Assembly: GCA_001643675.2 (NCBI GenBank)
Contig: LSRY02000042.1
Span: 434,001 to 498,000 of the forward strand
Reading direction: 5' to 3'
Length of the DNA stretch: 64,000 bases
Source of the DNA: Monocercomonoides exilis PA203
Taxonomy: Eukaryota; Protista; Preaxostyla
Made by a program: the position numbers and the translations under genes. Of this stretch, positions 38,801 through 58,698 are shown piece after piece. The stretch's first letter is position 1, and every line of letters starts with the position of its first letter. Below the pieces are notes generated by a model that saw only the letters and a program-made list of their open reading frames with translations, was not told the origin of the DNA and ran no database searches.

Positions 38801-41800
38801 GGATTCTTTTCTTTTGACCATAAATGTTTGAAGTTGTGGACTGGGCAAAGAAAAAAGTGTTTCTTTTGATTGTGTTGATGTTTCAATCAAATGAGAAGAA
38901 TTCAAATGAAAAGATTGAATGTTATTATTTGTGTTGGAATTGATGATGTTGAATCGGGGTGAAATGGATGAACTGGGAGAAAAATGAGGAGAAGTGGAAG
39001 AAGAAGAAGAACAAAGATACAGCGGAGGAGGCGGAGGCGGAGGAGGAGGAGGAGGAGGAGGAGGAGGAGGAGGAGGAGGAATTAAAAAAAGATTAGGATG
39101 CGAAGGAAGAGGAATGCCTTGCATTTGTGAAGAAGAAGGAACAATAGAAAATCTTGAATGTTGCATGTTTTGTGATGATTGCTTTGGAGATGATGGTTTC
39201 GTTGAATTTCCACTTTCACAATCAATTTCAACGGTATTTTGTTTTATTTCTTCTTCTTTTTCTTTTCTATTTGGAATTAATTTTTGCTTGAATTTTTCGT
39301 TTTTTGAGTCAACTTTGAAGAGTTGTGATTCACATGCGGCTGAAATTGGGAATGAATATTCTTTAGAATAAGAAGAAGAAGAAGAAGATGATGATGATGT
39401 CTGAGAAGTTGATGAAGAATCATTTGCATTTTCATTTGTGATTTCCCCATTTCCCCATAATTTCTTCTGTGGTTTTAAATTTCGAGCATTATTTATTGCA
39501 TTTGGGTGCAAATAAGAAGACAGATTTGACAGGCTGTCAAAAATGAAAGGAGAGAGAACTCTTGTTTGGAAAGCGTAAATTGCCTCGAATGAGGCATTTG
39601 ATGAGGTTATCCAACCAGGAAGAGGATGATGAATATGCTTGAGAATTGAAGATGAGGAAGAATTTGAGGATGAAGAGGATGTGGAAGAGGATGATAATGG
39701 TATATTTGAATTTTGTTGTAACATTGCGTTTGATGAAGAAATTGAATCAGAAGAATCGAATTTTTTTGTTTCAGTTAAGTCTGGATGCAATGACGATGAA
39801 GACGATGGTGATGATGAATGTGATGAAAATATTTTTGCATTATTTGGAAATTTATACTTGTCTTGATCAACCACAAATCCATGAGCTGCAATATAACCTT
39901 CCTCAAACGTGGAATACAGGAATTTCAATGGAGAAACAGAATTTGATGATGTTCCCAGTATAATATGGAGAGGTGAACAATAAAAAGGCAAAGAGGAAAC
40001 GGGGGAAATAACAGCAGGAGTGTGAAAGGCAAAGCAGCTTGGAGCAATTGATTTGAAGTTGTTTGATGTATGATGATAAAATTCTTTCAGTTTGTACTCG
40101 AACTTATTGCATTTTTTATGATTTTTATTATGTTGTTGAATTAGTTGTTTGTCTTTGAATGATTTCTTGATTGAAAGTTGCGATGAATTTTGTGAATCAA
40201 ATAGAGAATTCATACCAAGTGAAGATATTTGAGAGAATGTTGCAACAGAAGAAGAAGAAGGAATTGATAAAGGAAATGCCAATTGTGAAGATGATGAGAG
40301 TTCTTGATTTATTTCAATGTGTTGCATCAGTTTAGAGTCAGAAACTTCATTTTGATTCTGAATTGTTTTCTCCTCCTTTTTTTCATTTTCTTTTTCTTCA
40401 TTTTCTTTTTCTTCATTTTCTTTTTCTTTTTCTTCCTTCAAATATTTCATTCCACAGCACATTTCCTCCCTCGCACATCTTTCAACAGCTCTTTTTGAAG
40501 CCAATAATATGGTTTCCTTCCTCAAAACAACTCCAATTGTATCATTCTTTGCATCCCATTTCACTTCCTTCACAGCACATTTTGAAAAACAACCACTAAA
40601 ATTTGGAATTTCTTGAAAAGGAGAAACAATAAAAAGCGTTTCAAAGGAATCAATGCGCATAACACAGACAGAGCAATCAATAGAAACAGAAGCAAAAAGA
40701 GAATCCCAGCGGCTGTGGAGAGTCTGAGAGCGGGGATAAGGTGTAGTGGAAGAGGAAGAGGAGGAGAACAAAGAAGAATCTGATGACAATAATGAGGAAG
40801 ATGATGATGAAGAGAAATTAATAGAAGAAAAAAAGTTTCCACTTGTTGAAGCATGATAAGGTGTATGTTCTTTTATCATCGGAATAATAGTTGTTGAAAG
40901 ATTATTTGAATGAAAAAGCAACTTATTTAAATTTTTCTTTCTGTCTAATTTATCATTCACTTCATTCATAACCATCCGAAAAAACTGCGAAGATACCACA
41001 AAATACCTCGAAACAGCCAAAAACAAACGAAGTGACTGCAAACTTCTGAACTGCTTCCAATTTTCTTCATTTAGCAGAAGTTTCGTCAGCATTTTCTCTT
41101 TTAACTGTGCAAAAATGAAATCCTGAGCATTTGATTTGCGCAAGATTATTGCTTTTTCTCTCTTAAACCCATTTTTCAGTTCGATTTCTTGTTTTCTTTT
41201 GAATTCTCTTTTAAAAAGCTGCTCAATGGCTTGCAAAGCACTCATTTTTGATATTCCAGATGAAGATTTCTTTTCTCCAAATTCCCCTGAAACAATATTG
41301 CTTTCATCATCAGCATCTTTAGCATCTTTAGTTAAATTCCTATTTTTATTTTCTTTTTTCTTTTTCTTCTTTATTCTCCCTATTTCTTCGTTCTCATAAC
41401 TCCTCCATCCTTTGTTCCCAATAAGACCAACAGGAAACCCACCAAAATTATTTATTCTTTCTGCCATTTCATTCACTTTTTGCATATTTGATCGAAAAGA
41501 AACATCAAACAAACGCACCATCGAAAGCTCGCTATCTGTGATAGAATGAGGAAGAGTGAAAAGAGGAGAAAGAAGGAAACGGGAAGAAGGATAAGAAGAA
41601 GAAGATAAAGGAAATGGAGAAGCAGAAAGAGGAGAAAAAGAAGTTGAAATTGCAGGTGTCAAATGAGCAGAAATGGAAGAACTTGGAAATTCATTTTGAA
41701 GAAAAGGAGCAGAAATAAAAGAGGGGGAGGAAGAAGAATTTGAAGAAGACAAATTATTCCCATTAATATTTGTATTTGTATTTGTAGAATTTAAAGTGGA

Positions 41801-44800
41801 ACAAGAGGAAGAATAAGAGGGAGGATTAGAAGGAGAGCACGAAGGAGAAGGAAAAAGAGAATGAGAAGTAAATGGAGGAAACGGAGAAAGAGAATGCTCA
41901 AAAGGAGAAGAAGTGGGTAAAGTTGTTGGATCTGAAGGCAAATACATTGGTGGAAAGGTAATGGAAGAAGAATGAGAAGGAGAAGGAGAAGGAGTTGGAG
42001 AAAAAGAAGAGGTAGAGGAAGATAAAGAAAGAGAAGAATTAGAAGAAGGAATAGAGGATGTTACAGGATAAGAAGAAAGAGTGATAGAGAAGGAAGAAGA
42101 GGCATCGCCTTCATTGTTGATGGAATAAGGAATAGGTGCTTTATATGTTTCGGATGATGAAGAATTATTAGAAGGTGAAGCAGAATAAGAAGGATGAATA
42201 GAAGAGGAAGATGATGACAATGATGAAGATAATGAAGAACTTGCAGTTGAAAAAGAATAACTTGAAGAAGAATGAGAATAAGAAGGAAGAGGAGAAGAGG
42301 AAAAAGTTGAGAAAGAAGAAGAAGTTTTCATCTGAGAAGAAATAGAAGCTGATGTTTTTGCCGAATTAAAGACAAAACTACTATTTTTCATGTTTTCTTT
42401 GGAATTCATTTCTTCTTCTTTCATTAATACTTCAACTTTTTCTTCTTTAATTTTTTCTCTTTCTTTTTCTTTTTCTCCATCTTTATCATTCGGAGGAATC
42501 AAAAGCAACGATGCTAACCTCTTAACAGCCTCATCTTCAATTTTCTCTTCAATATCTTCTTCTTTTTCTTTTTCTTTTCCTTCATTTTTGCTGTTATTAG
42601 CAATGATGTTTCGCACTTCCTGTTTAAGATCTCCCATAAACACCCTATTTCGATTCCTTGATGCTTCGTCTTCCTTTTCTGCTTGTTCTATTCTCCTTCT
42701 TTCTCTGTCTTGCTCTTCTTCTGGAGGCTCGGAGAAATACAGCACGGGAGAATTATGGTTGTGGAAGACGTGAAGAAGAAGGTTGCGCCGCATGTCAAAA
42801 ACAGCAACACAGCAAGACAAGTTTTGACAGGAACTTGAACGTTTTGCATGGTCTAAATAAGACGAAGAAGAATAATGTGATCGATCAAACTCATTTGAGT
42901 TATCATCATCCTTTTGTATTCCCAATCCAACAAGCAGCAAATGAGGGTGCCTTCTGAGCACATGCAATGCAGTGACAGGGCAAGAAGAAGGCAAAGAAAG
43001 AGTTGAATGGAACAAGTTTTGGGTGTCAGAATTTAATTCGAGATCAGAAAAACCATAACGTTTTTCATTTATTTCTCGACTTTTTTTAATTTTGGTTGGT
43101 TGAAAGTTTTCCGGCTGTGATGTTGTTCTCATATTCCTATTTAGTCCACTTCTTTGTTTATTCAGTGAGAAAGGGGCAACGCCTAAAACAGGATAGATCA
43201 TTTTGTGAGTGTTTTTCGCTTCTATTTCTGTTTTATTTTTAATTTTGGTTTTATTTTTTGTTTTATTCTCGATTTTTATTTTTTCTTCATCAATTTTTTC
43301 CTCTTTTTCTTTTTCTTCTTTTTCTTTCATTTCATCTTCTTTCATTGAGCTATCCAATGAGCAATCATCAATTTCTGTGTTTTCTGAATTATTCTCATTT
43401 TTCTTCATTTTGATTGTAATTTTGGAATTTTTCTTCTTTTTCTTTTTCTTTTTCTTTGGCAAAGGAGCAATAAATATCATTTCATTCATTTTCTCTTTTT
43501 CTCTTTCTTCTCTTTCTTCATTTTCTTCTCTAATTTTTCCTTCTTCTCCTTCTTTTCTTTCTCTTTCTCTTTCTTCTATATAAATTTTTTCTTTAATTTT
43601 ATCTTTTTTCATCTTTTGTGAAGAAGTAGAAGAAGAAGAAGGAAAAGAAGAAGAATTTACGGCGAAATACGGAGAAATTAAAGAAGAAGAAGAAGAATAA
43701 TAATTTCTTTTCTCTATTTTCTTCATTGGATGAAGAAAATTTTGATTTTTCTGAAATTTTCTATGAAAATTAAGAAAATAATAAAAAGGATGAAAAGTAT
43801 TGATGAAATAGAAGGAGAAAAGAGGAGGAAGAAGAGGAGAAGGAGAAGGAGAAGAAGAAGGAGGAGGAGGAGGAGAATGAGAAGAAGGAGGAGAAAGAGA
43901 AGAAGAGGAAGAAAGAGAAGAAGAGGAAGAAGAATTTAAATGAGAAGAAGAAAGGGAAAGAGAAGAAGAAGGAAAAGGAGAAGAAGAAGTAAAAGAATGA
44001 GAAGAAAGAGAAGGTTTAACAGAAGAAGAAGAAGAAGAGGGGGAGGAGGAAGAAGAAGAAGAAGGAAAAGGAGAAGAAATAAATGAATGAGAAGAAGAAG
44101 GATGAATAAATGAAGAAGGAAGAGGAGAAGGAAGAGAAGGAGAAGAAGAAGAAGATAAATATGAAGAAGAAGATGGTTTATATAAAGAAGAAGAAGAAGA
44201 AGAAGAAGAAGAAGAAGAAGAAGAAGAAATTTTTGAATTTGAAGAAGGAAGAGGAGAAGAAGAAGAAGAAATAAAAGAAGAAGAGGAAGAATTTAAATGA
44301 GAAGAAGAAGAAGAAAGAGAAGAAGAAGGAAGAGGAGAAGGATGAATGAAACAGGCAAGAGAAGAAGAAGAAGAAGATTTTGGCAGAGAAAGAGAAGGAG
44401 AAAGAGAAGGAGAAGGAAGAAGAGAAGAAGAATGAGAAGAAGAAGAAGAGGAAGAGGAAGAAGAAGAAGAAGAAGAAAGAGAAGGAGAAAGAGAAAAAGA
44501 AGGAAGAAGAGACGGAGGAGAAGGAAGAAGAGAATGAGAAGAGGAAGAAGAAGAAAGATGAGAAGAAAGATGAGAAGGAAGATAAGAAGGAAGAGAAGGA
44601 GAAGGAGAAATAAAAGAAGAATTTGAAGAAGTTTCGGAGAAATACGGAGAAATAGAAGGAAGAGGAGGAGGAGGAGGAGGAAAAGAAGAGGAAGAAGAAG
44701 AGGAAGAGGAAGAAGAAGAAGAAGACTGAAACGGAGAAAGAGCTATAGGTGAAGAAGAAGGAGGAGGAGGAGGAAAAGAAGAGGAAGAGGAAGAAGAAGA

Positions 44801-47516
44801 AATTTTCGATTTTAAATTTGCATTTGAATTTGAAAGAGGAAGAGGAGACGAAGAAGGAAAAGAAGAAGAAGAAGAAGGAAAAGGAGAGGAAGAAGAAGAG
44901 GAAGAAGAGGAAGAAGAATTTTTCGATTTTGATGAAAGAGAAGAAGAAGAAGAAGAAAGAGGAGGAGGAGGAGAAGAAGAGGGAAAAGAGGAAGAAGAAG
45001 AAGAAAGAGGAGAAGAAGAAGAAGCATATAAAGAAGCAGGATTGAGAAGAATATGAGGAAAAGGAGAAAGAAAAGAATGTTTTTCATTGAAAGAAGAGGT
45101 TAATGAAACAGAAGGAATAAAAACCGAAGAAGAAGAAGAAGAAGAAGAAGAATTCAAATGAGAAGAGGAAGAAGAGGAGGAAGAAGAAGAGGAAGAGGAA
45201 GAAGAAAAATGAGAAGAAGAAGATGTTGATGAATTCCACAGAAAAGGTGATTTTACATATCCGTATTTAATGTTTATTTCTTCTTCTTCTTCTTCTTTTC
45301 TTTTCCTTCTTCCGCCTCTTTCTTCTTCCTCCTCTTCTTCTTCCTCTTTCTCCTTCTCCTTCTCCTTCTCCTTCTCCTTCTCCTTCATCACTGAATTGTT
45401 AACAAAAAGAGGAAAAGGAAGAATATCAACAGCTCCGTTGTATGTGCCAGAGAGAAGGAGAAGAGAAGGCGAATGCGAAGAAGAAGAGAGAAGAGAAGAA
45501 GAAACGGAAGGAGAAGAGGAAGAAGAAAGGGAAGAGGAAGAAGAAGAAGAAGAAAAAGAGGAAGAGGAAGAAGAAGAAGAAGAAGAAGAAGATGGAAAAG
45601 AAGAAGAAGAAGAAATATTTTGTGAATAAATGTGATTTTTCATGTAATTAATATGTTTTCTATTGTTTTCAAAGATATTTCTTCTTCTTTCTTCTTCTCT
45701 TTCTCTTTCTCCTCCTCCTCCTCTTATTCTTCTTCTTTCCTTTTCTCTTTCTTCTCTTTCTCTTCTTTCTCTTCTTCTTCTTTCTTTTTCTTTTTCTTTT
45801 GAAATGGAATTTGACATGTTAAAACCATATTCAAAATATGCTGTTGGCAATGAAAGCATCGAAATTATGGAAATGTTCTTGTTTTTGCGGTTTTTATTAA
45901 TGTTTTCTTTGTTTTTTATTATTTTTTCATTTTTATTGCTTTTCTTCTTCTCTTCTTCTTTCTCTTCTTCTTTCTCTTCTTCTTTCTCTTCTTCTTCTTC
46001 ATTTTTCTCTTTCTCTTCTTCTTCATCTTCTTCATTATCACTTCCTCTTCTTCTCTTTCTTTCTCTTTCTCCTTCTCCTTCTCTTTCTCTTTCTCTTTCT
46101 CTTTCTCTTTCTCTTTCTCTTTCTCTTTCTCTTTCTCTTTCTCTTTCTCTCTCAACTAATTCATCTCCAATTGTTGGAGGAAACAGAAGAGGTTGATAAC
46201 ATTCGTCTGAAATTAAATGAGAAGAAGAGGAAGAGGAAGAAGAAGATTTTGTAATTTCTTTTTCTTCATCTTTTTCTTTTTCTTTTTCATCCTCTTCAAT
46301 ATAATTGTCAACAACTTCTTCATTTCCTCCATTTTCTATCTGATTTTGAATAAATTCTTCATTTTTCTTCTTCTCCTCCTTCTCTTTCTCTTTCTTCTTC
46401 TCTTTTTTCATTTTCTTTTCATTTTCTCTTTCTTTTTGAAAAATCGCTAAAATTCCTTGATGAATATTCCCTTCTTCGCTTCCAACAATCAACCTGCCTT
46501 CATCAGTGACCAAAACAGGCAGCGTGAAACGCAGCGGCTGCGGAAATAACATATTTGGCATGTCAAATTTTTGACATGTTGGGTTTTTTGAATTAATAGA
46601 AGAAGAAGATGATGATGATGATGAATAAGCAGATGAAGATGAAGATGAATTTGGCGATAAAGAAAAAGAAGAAGAAGAAGAAGAAAGATTAGAAGAAGAA
46701 GACAAAAAATTACTATTATTTTTACAACTTTTCAGAAAAGCATCCAAAACAGGGGAAGGAATGAAGAAAGGCAGTTCTTTTTGAGAGAAGCATCTGCTTT
46801 GAGCAGGAAAATGAGTGAGAAACGAGGCAAAAACAAGCGAAATGCGGAATTTTGGTTGGTTTTGGGGGAAACTGGAGGGAGAAGAGGAAGAAGAGGAAGA
46901 GGAAAGGGGAGAAGAAGAAGGAGAAGAAGCGAAGAAATCGAATGGGGGAGAAGATAAATGAGGAGGGTGAGGAAGAGAAAGAGGGAGAGGGAAAGGAAGA
47001 GGAGAAGAAGAAGAAGAAGAAGAAGAAGAAGAAGGTGATGATGATGATGATGATGATGAAAGAGAAGAAAAAGAAGAAGAAGATGGTGAATTCTTGAATG
47101 ATGATAATGTTTGATCAAAATATTCATTTTTTTCTCTTTTTTCTTTCTTTTTTTCATTTTCTTCTTCTTCTATTTCTTTTATTTCTTCTTCATCCTTTTC
47201 TATTTCTTCTTCTTCTTCTTCTCTTTCTTCTTCTTCTCCCTCTCCATCTTCTTCTTTCATAGAAAACACAAAGAAAAGAGGATGCTGAGTGAATAAAACA
47301 ATCAAATTTGAGCCAATCAAATTGCCTCCCAGCCATCTCTGTTTGGAAGAAAGAGAAGGAAAAGAAAATTCTTCAATGGAAGAAGAAGAAGAAGGAGAAA
47401 GAGAAGGAGAAGAGGAAGAAGAAGGATAAAGAGAGGAAGAAGAAGAATTCATTTTGTGTTTGCCACATTCACTTTCATTGAATGTTGGATGAAGATTATG
47501 ATGGTGATGGCGATGG

Positions 47517-47547
<31 letters not shown>

Positions 47548-49036
47548 GAGGAGGAGGAGGAGGAGGAGAAGAAGAAGAAGAAGAAGAAGAAGAATTTGAT
47601 GAAGAATTAGAAGAATTAGTGGAAGAAGGAGAGGAAGAAGAAGAAGTGAAAACATTTTTATTTCTTTTATTCTTCTCCATTTTTCCGCAATATTTCACAA
47701 TAATTTTTTTCACTTGCTTATCAGAAGGAGAAGAAATGGCAAAAAGAGGAAGAAGAAGACGATTTGAGATTACAATAGCAGCAAAAGGGGTGACGAGAAG
47801 AAGAAAAGAGCAATCAGGAGAAGAAGAGAGGGAGAAAGGAAGAGAAGGGTGAGGATGAAATCTGTCTGATAAAAGCATTGCAATGAACAGGTCTTCTTTT
47901 GTGTTGAGTTGTTTGGGGAGTGGAGGAGAAAAAGAGGAGGAGGAAGAAGAAGAAGAAGAAGAAGTTTCGGAGAAATGCGGAGAAATAGAAGAAGAAGAAA
48001 GAGAAGGAGAGGAGGAGAAAGAAGAAGAAGAGAGGGAAGAAGAAGAGTTCAATGATGATGAAGAAGATGAAGATGTTGATATATTTAAAGAAGAAGAAGG
48101 AGGAGGACGAGAAGAAGAAGAAGAAGGTGTTGCGTAATCATCTTCTAAAAGATCAATCACATCCATTTCATCCATTTCATTGTGAATTTCATGTGCTTTT
48201 CTTTTCATCTTCTTTTTGTGAAGAGCTATTTTTGCAAGGATTTTTTGAAAATCAATGCGAATTGAGGTTAATTGCGAGATTACGAACTCCTTTCGCTCAA
48301 CAATCGGCATTAATGGAAAGATAAACATTTGAAAATCCATTCCAAACGAAATAAGGACTTATTTAAAAAAATGAAGTATTTTCAATAAATCAACAAAAAA
48401 AAAGTTTTGAATACACACCATTCATGTTGAACTTTGTTGAAAGGCAAACAGATTTAACCCATCCTTCGTGGCCCAAGCACTTGCAGGTTAATCTCAGTAA
48501 AAATGGATCAAATATAAAAATTTCATTAAAGCAACCAGTTATTGCTGTAAGTCCAAAGGCTAAACGCGTTATTAAGAGTGGTTTGCTGTCTTTTAAAACA
48601 AAAAGAAAATAGTAAAATATTTATTTTGGGGGGAAAAACTCTGATTGCCACACAATTAAATGGAACAGATCCAAATAAAGAGCCATCATCTAAATCCCAA
48701 ACGTTAATATCAGAGTTATTATGCACTTTATCGAACGTAATATTTATTATTGTCAAAATAAAAATAATTTTCACCATGCACACCGCTTACAACAAATGTT
48801 CGTTGATGGGAAACGCAAATGCATAATGATAAAACAGGAGAGCTTGATGATGCAATCATCAGAAATTGCGGAATCAGATTACTTCTGTTATCATCGGAAT
48901 CATTTGCTCTCCATTTACATAAAATTCCGTTCATGCTTCCAGTAACAAAAACAGTTTCATCAATTGTTTTTGCAATTGCAGTAATGTCATGCTTCGGTAT
49001 TTTTGTCCATAGAACAAAAGGAAGGCGAAGAGACAT
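32891..49036 (-). CDS. WDR7: WDR7 / rabconnectin-3 beta-like WD40 protein, ~5320 aa with massive low-complexity insertions
   Basis: N-terminus MSLRLPFVLWTKIPKHDITAI...FVTGSMNGILCKW and C-terminus YPMAAFNNATHRFAIGRLDG...AHKGAIAAVAFSDNGKFLASYS match the WDR7 termini. Exons 49036-48784, 48725-48654, 48589-48419 and 48357-32891 splice in frame (15963 nt). Confidence 0.85.
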
Positions 49037-49114
49037 ACAACAAAAAATGTTAAGGGTTTAGAAAACAAAAAAAAATTGTGAAATGATAAAACAAGTGAAT
49101 GTCAAAATTAAGAA

Positions 49115-54721
<5,607 letters not shown>

Positions 54722-54990
54722 TTTGAATCTGATCCTAACCACAATTAATCTTTTTTCCATTCTATCATCAATTCTTCTCTTTTTCAAAATATTTTTGCTT
54801 ATAAATCGTAATGTTAAAAAAATACGTGGAAAAAAATATGACTTATGCAAATAATCTTGGTTGGAACCTTGGCAAGATTTTTATAAAAATGGCTGTTTTG
54901 AAAAATAAAAAAATATTAAAAAAAATGATAACAAAAATTAAAATAATTGAAATTATCGTAAAGTGTTGTTGTGAGTATTGTGAAATGTGG

Positions 54991-57161
54991 TTAGTAATCG
55001 TAGTCTGATGAATCCGTGTCTTCGTCGCTGTTTGGCACAACACTTGGACTGGAATGCTTGGATAATGGACGTTGTTGTGTTCTAAAAATAATTGTTTAAA
55101 TAATAATAATAATAATCATAGAAATAGAAATAGAAATAGAAATAGAAATAGAAATAGAAAGAAATGGAAAAAACAATTAGAATAAATAAATTAATTAATG
55201 TTATTTTAAAATTGTAATAATAATAACAATAATTATTAATTTTCATTGAATCCAAAAAAAAAATATGAATTCTCTAAACATCAATATAATAATTATGGAT
55301 AAATAAATAAATAAATAATCAATCCCATTTCCTCTCTCTCTCTTCCTCTTCTTCTTCTTCTTCCTCTCACATACGACTTCTTCTCTTCCAGATCCGCCTG
55401 CCTCGTCTGCAGCAGATAATGCTGGAGTGTCCCAATCCTCACATTTATCTGCTTCAGCTCCTCATTCAGCGTGTTCATCGCCCCTTTCAGCTTCATCAGC
55501 GGCTGTGTGTTTGTCACGTCATTCGAATACGTCTCCATGTCATTCTTTGCTGCTTCCACTTGATCTGTCAATGAAGCCAGCATCGCTGCCTGCTCTTCCA
55601 CTTCCTTCGAGGCGCTTCCAACTTCCTCGCTCGCCATCTTCAGCTCCGTCGCCACTGTTTTGTACTCTTCCAGTAATTCCCTGCAGTCTGTGTTGAAGAA
55701 CCGCTCTCTTTTCTCGATCTTTTCCATCTCGTCCTGCACCTCCCTCACCACCACTGCCAGCTCCACCACCACCAGCCTTCTTGCCTCTGCCAGCTGCCTC
55801 AGTTGTTCCTTCGTCTCTTCCAAGTGGCCAAACCAGTCTTTCGCAGCGAGATTCAGACTCCGCCGTGTTTTGAGCTGTGGAGCAACACGCTCAGCCTCGA
55901 TCTTCCACTGCTCCGAGTCGAAGCGCGATTTCGGGGCGAAGGGGAGACTTGTTTTTGATTTTATTTTATTTTTTTTTTGAATGAAAAAATAAATATATAA
56001 ATAAATAAATAAAGAAAAGTTAAATAAATAATTTATAAATATAATTAATGAAATAAAATATATTAAATAAAAATTTAATTAATAAATTAAAGGATAATTA
56101 ATAAATTAGTTTATTGGTTGATTGATTATATAAATATAAATATAAATATAAAAAAAGAGGAGAATTAAATAGAAACGAAAGAAAGCATTAAAGAATAGAA
56201 AGCAAAAAAGAATAGAAAATAATTAAGAAAGTTTAAAAAGAAATAATTTTTGCAAACTGTGATGATCTGTTTGAAGAGCGTGTTTGATCTCCAATTCCGC
56301 CAAGTCTTCCGTCTATCTTTGCCCCGCTGTCAAGCCCAAATAATTGCTTGCTCAAAGCACTCATCCCGCTCCCCCTTTTCGCAAAGAGATCAGCAGCATC
56401 GCTGGCAGCTTCTTCTTCATCGTCTTCGTCATCTCCAAACCCAAAATGATTTTTTTTCTTTCCTGGTTTTTGCTTTCCGGTTATTCCATCATCTCCTTCT
56501 AAATACGTCGAGGGCATCGATGACATTGCATCCTCATCATCCTCCATCACATCTTCATCTGGAATGTCAACATCCTCATCATCATCTTCTCCTTTATCTT
56601 CTTCAACAACCTCTTCCTGTTGCGAATCATCGGGAAATTGAGGCTGCTCAACTTGAAAGTTACGTTGCGAAAGTGCTAGATCACAAAGAAAGTTTAAAGC
56701 AGAACAGACAGCCTCCCCATATCCTTTTTTCAACTCACTTGGGGCAACTTCTGTTGAATAGCCAATTTTTCTCAATTGCCCTGCCATAGCCGTTGCACTT
56801 TTGTGGGGATCATCATCTATAGAAGCTTGAGTAGCGAATGGTTGGCCAGCAATTTCAGCAAGCCAATGCATTAAAAGATGCAAAATAAAAAATTGTTCCT
56901 GGGGATTGTGAGCCGGATATGCAAAATATAACGCATTAATAGGTCTTAAGGAACTTGAAGTATATATGTTGAACATAAAAATAAACTATTTTTGAACTGG
57001 AGGACAGCCACACACTTCTTTCTAATGAACAACTGTTCATAATTTAAGCACTTAAGCTTTTCTACAATCTCTCCCATCAGAACATATGATGAAACTTCTT
57101 CTACTGTGCTTGCAATTTCCCTGCGACGTTGTTTTCCAGTTGGTGCATATGTGGGATCCAT
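54991..57161 (-). CDS. IFT57: Intraflagellar transport protein 57 (IFT57/HIPPI)
   Basis: MGEIVEKLKCLNY, YFAYPAHNPQEQF, DDP, PSELKKGYGEAVC, WKIEAERVAPQLK, KDWFGHLE and TNTQPLMKLK...RIGTLQH motifs. Introns 56954-57015, 55948-56257 and 55082-55374 all restore the frame; TAA at 54991-54993. Confidence 0.92.
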
Positions 57162-58698
57162 TAAAAATTAAAACTTTCATGCCCATACTTAAATATTTTT
57201 CTTAAAAGATTCTTTTATTTTTTTGATTCTCAAAACAAAATGTTTTTTTATATGATTTATGCTCTTTGATGTTCGTAAAAGCAAATAAGAAATATTTCCA
57301 AATAAAAATTGTGAAAAGAAACACTTATTTTATTATTATAAAATAATGTTAATTTTGTGATATCAAAAATTGAAATATCAAATACAGAAAAATTTGTTGC
57401 ATAAGATACTTCAATAAAAAAGATCAAATAGATGAAATGAAATCTTCTAATTTTTGATTTTATTAATGACACGAAAAAAACAGTCATGTATTAAACATGT
57501 TTAAAGATTTATTCACGATGGAAAAAAAGTTTAATGTGGTAAATAAAGCACAAAAAATAAAAGATAGCTTCAGTTTTCACTCACTTTTCTTATTTCAAAA
57601 CGTTCCTAATTTTGTTGATTGAACGAACGATATTTTTTTATTTTGATTAAAAAGATGAATCATCAATTCATAAATATTCATTGGAATCATCAGTCCAATA
57701 TATGATCATATCTCCCTTTTTGATATTTTTTTTTTAAACAAAAACAACGTTACGCTTCTGCATTCTGTTTTTGTTAAGTCGAACGTATGTTTTCAAACAA
57801 AAAGTTTTGATAATTTTTTATTTTTTGTAGTCTTTTTTGTTAGATCACCGTATTTGTCTAAATCATTATTTTTTCAATGAATGTTCTGAATGAAATTCAT
57901 TTTATTGAACTGACCAAACATAATTCATTTTTCGAAAGTGCTTTGAAATTATAAAAACGAATAGTTAATTTTTCATTGATAAAGGATATATTTTTATAAA
58001 TAACAAAGCGAAATGAAAAAAAGCTATTCTTTGTTTTCAACACTTGAAATATGTGAAATGAAATAATTCTGTATTGTCAATTCAAAAATTAATCGCTAAA
58101 CTCTCAAAAATACAAAATAACTTATCTTTTTATACATCAGAAATGAATTTTTCTTAATGATAAACTTATTGGTATTATGGAAAAAAATTGGTATGAAAAC
58201 CTTGTTTGAAGTTTGCGAATTGATAACGTTTTCAATTTATTTTTGGAATTTTCATTGTTTTTTCATTCTAACTTTTTAATTCAGCATTTGCAGACACATT
58301 AATTAATTATTGAAGGATTTGAGTGAAGCCAAAAATAAAAGTCAGGATTTTTGTCGGTGTGTTTTGGTTTCATCGTTATTTCTTCTTCTGCATTTATTTT
58401 TCTGTGGAAAACATATTCAGGACTCCATGAAATTTTTTTGGTTATTATACCCTCGATTTGTTTCAATTCTCAATTTCAAAATTATTTCACAAATTTCACA
58501 TTAAGATGAAACGATTCCAGGAATGTTGCTGGATTCTTTGATGTTAGTGAATGTCGTGATTGACTTTCAGGCAAAGAGAATTCTTTGATGTTTTGAAAAG
58601 ACTGTTTGATTAATTGAATTTTTTATGTTGCTTTCTTTTGTTATTAAAAATTGCTTGAAATAAGTAGAAAATGTCGTTATTTTGCATTGTTAAAGATA

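Noticed and set aside
43200-48330. Many Arg/Lys/Glu/Leu-rich ORFs in other frames
   Set aside because: By-products of the low-complexity tracts within the WDR7 exon.
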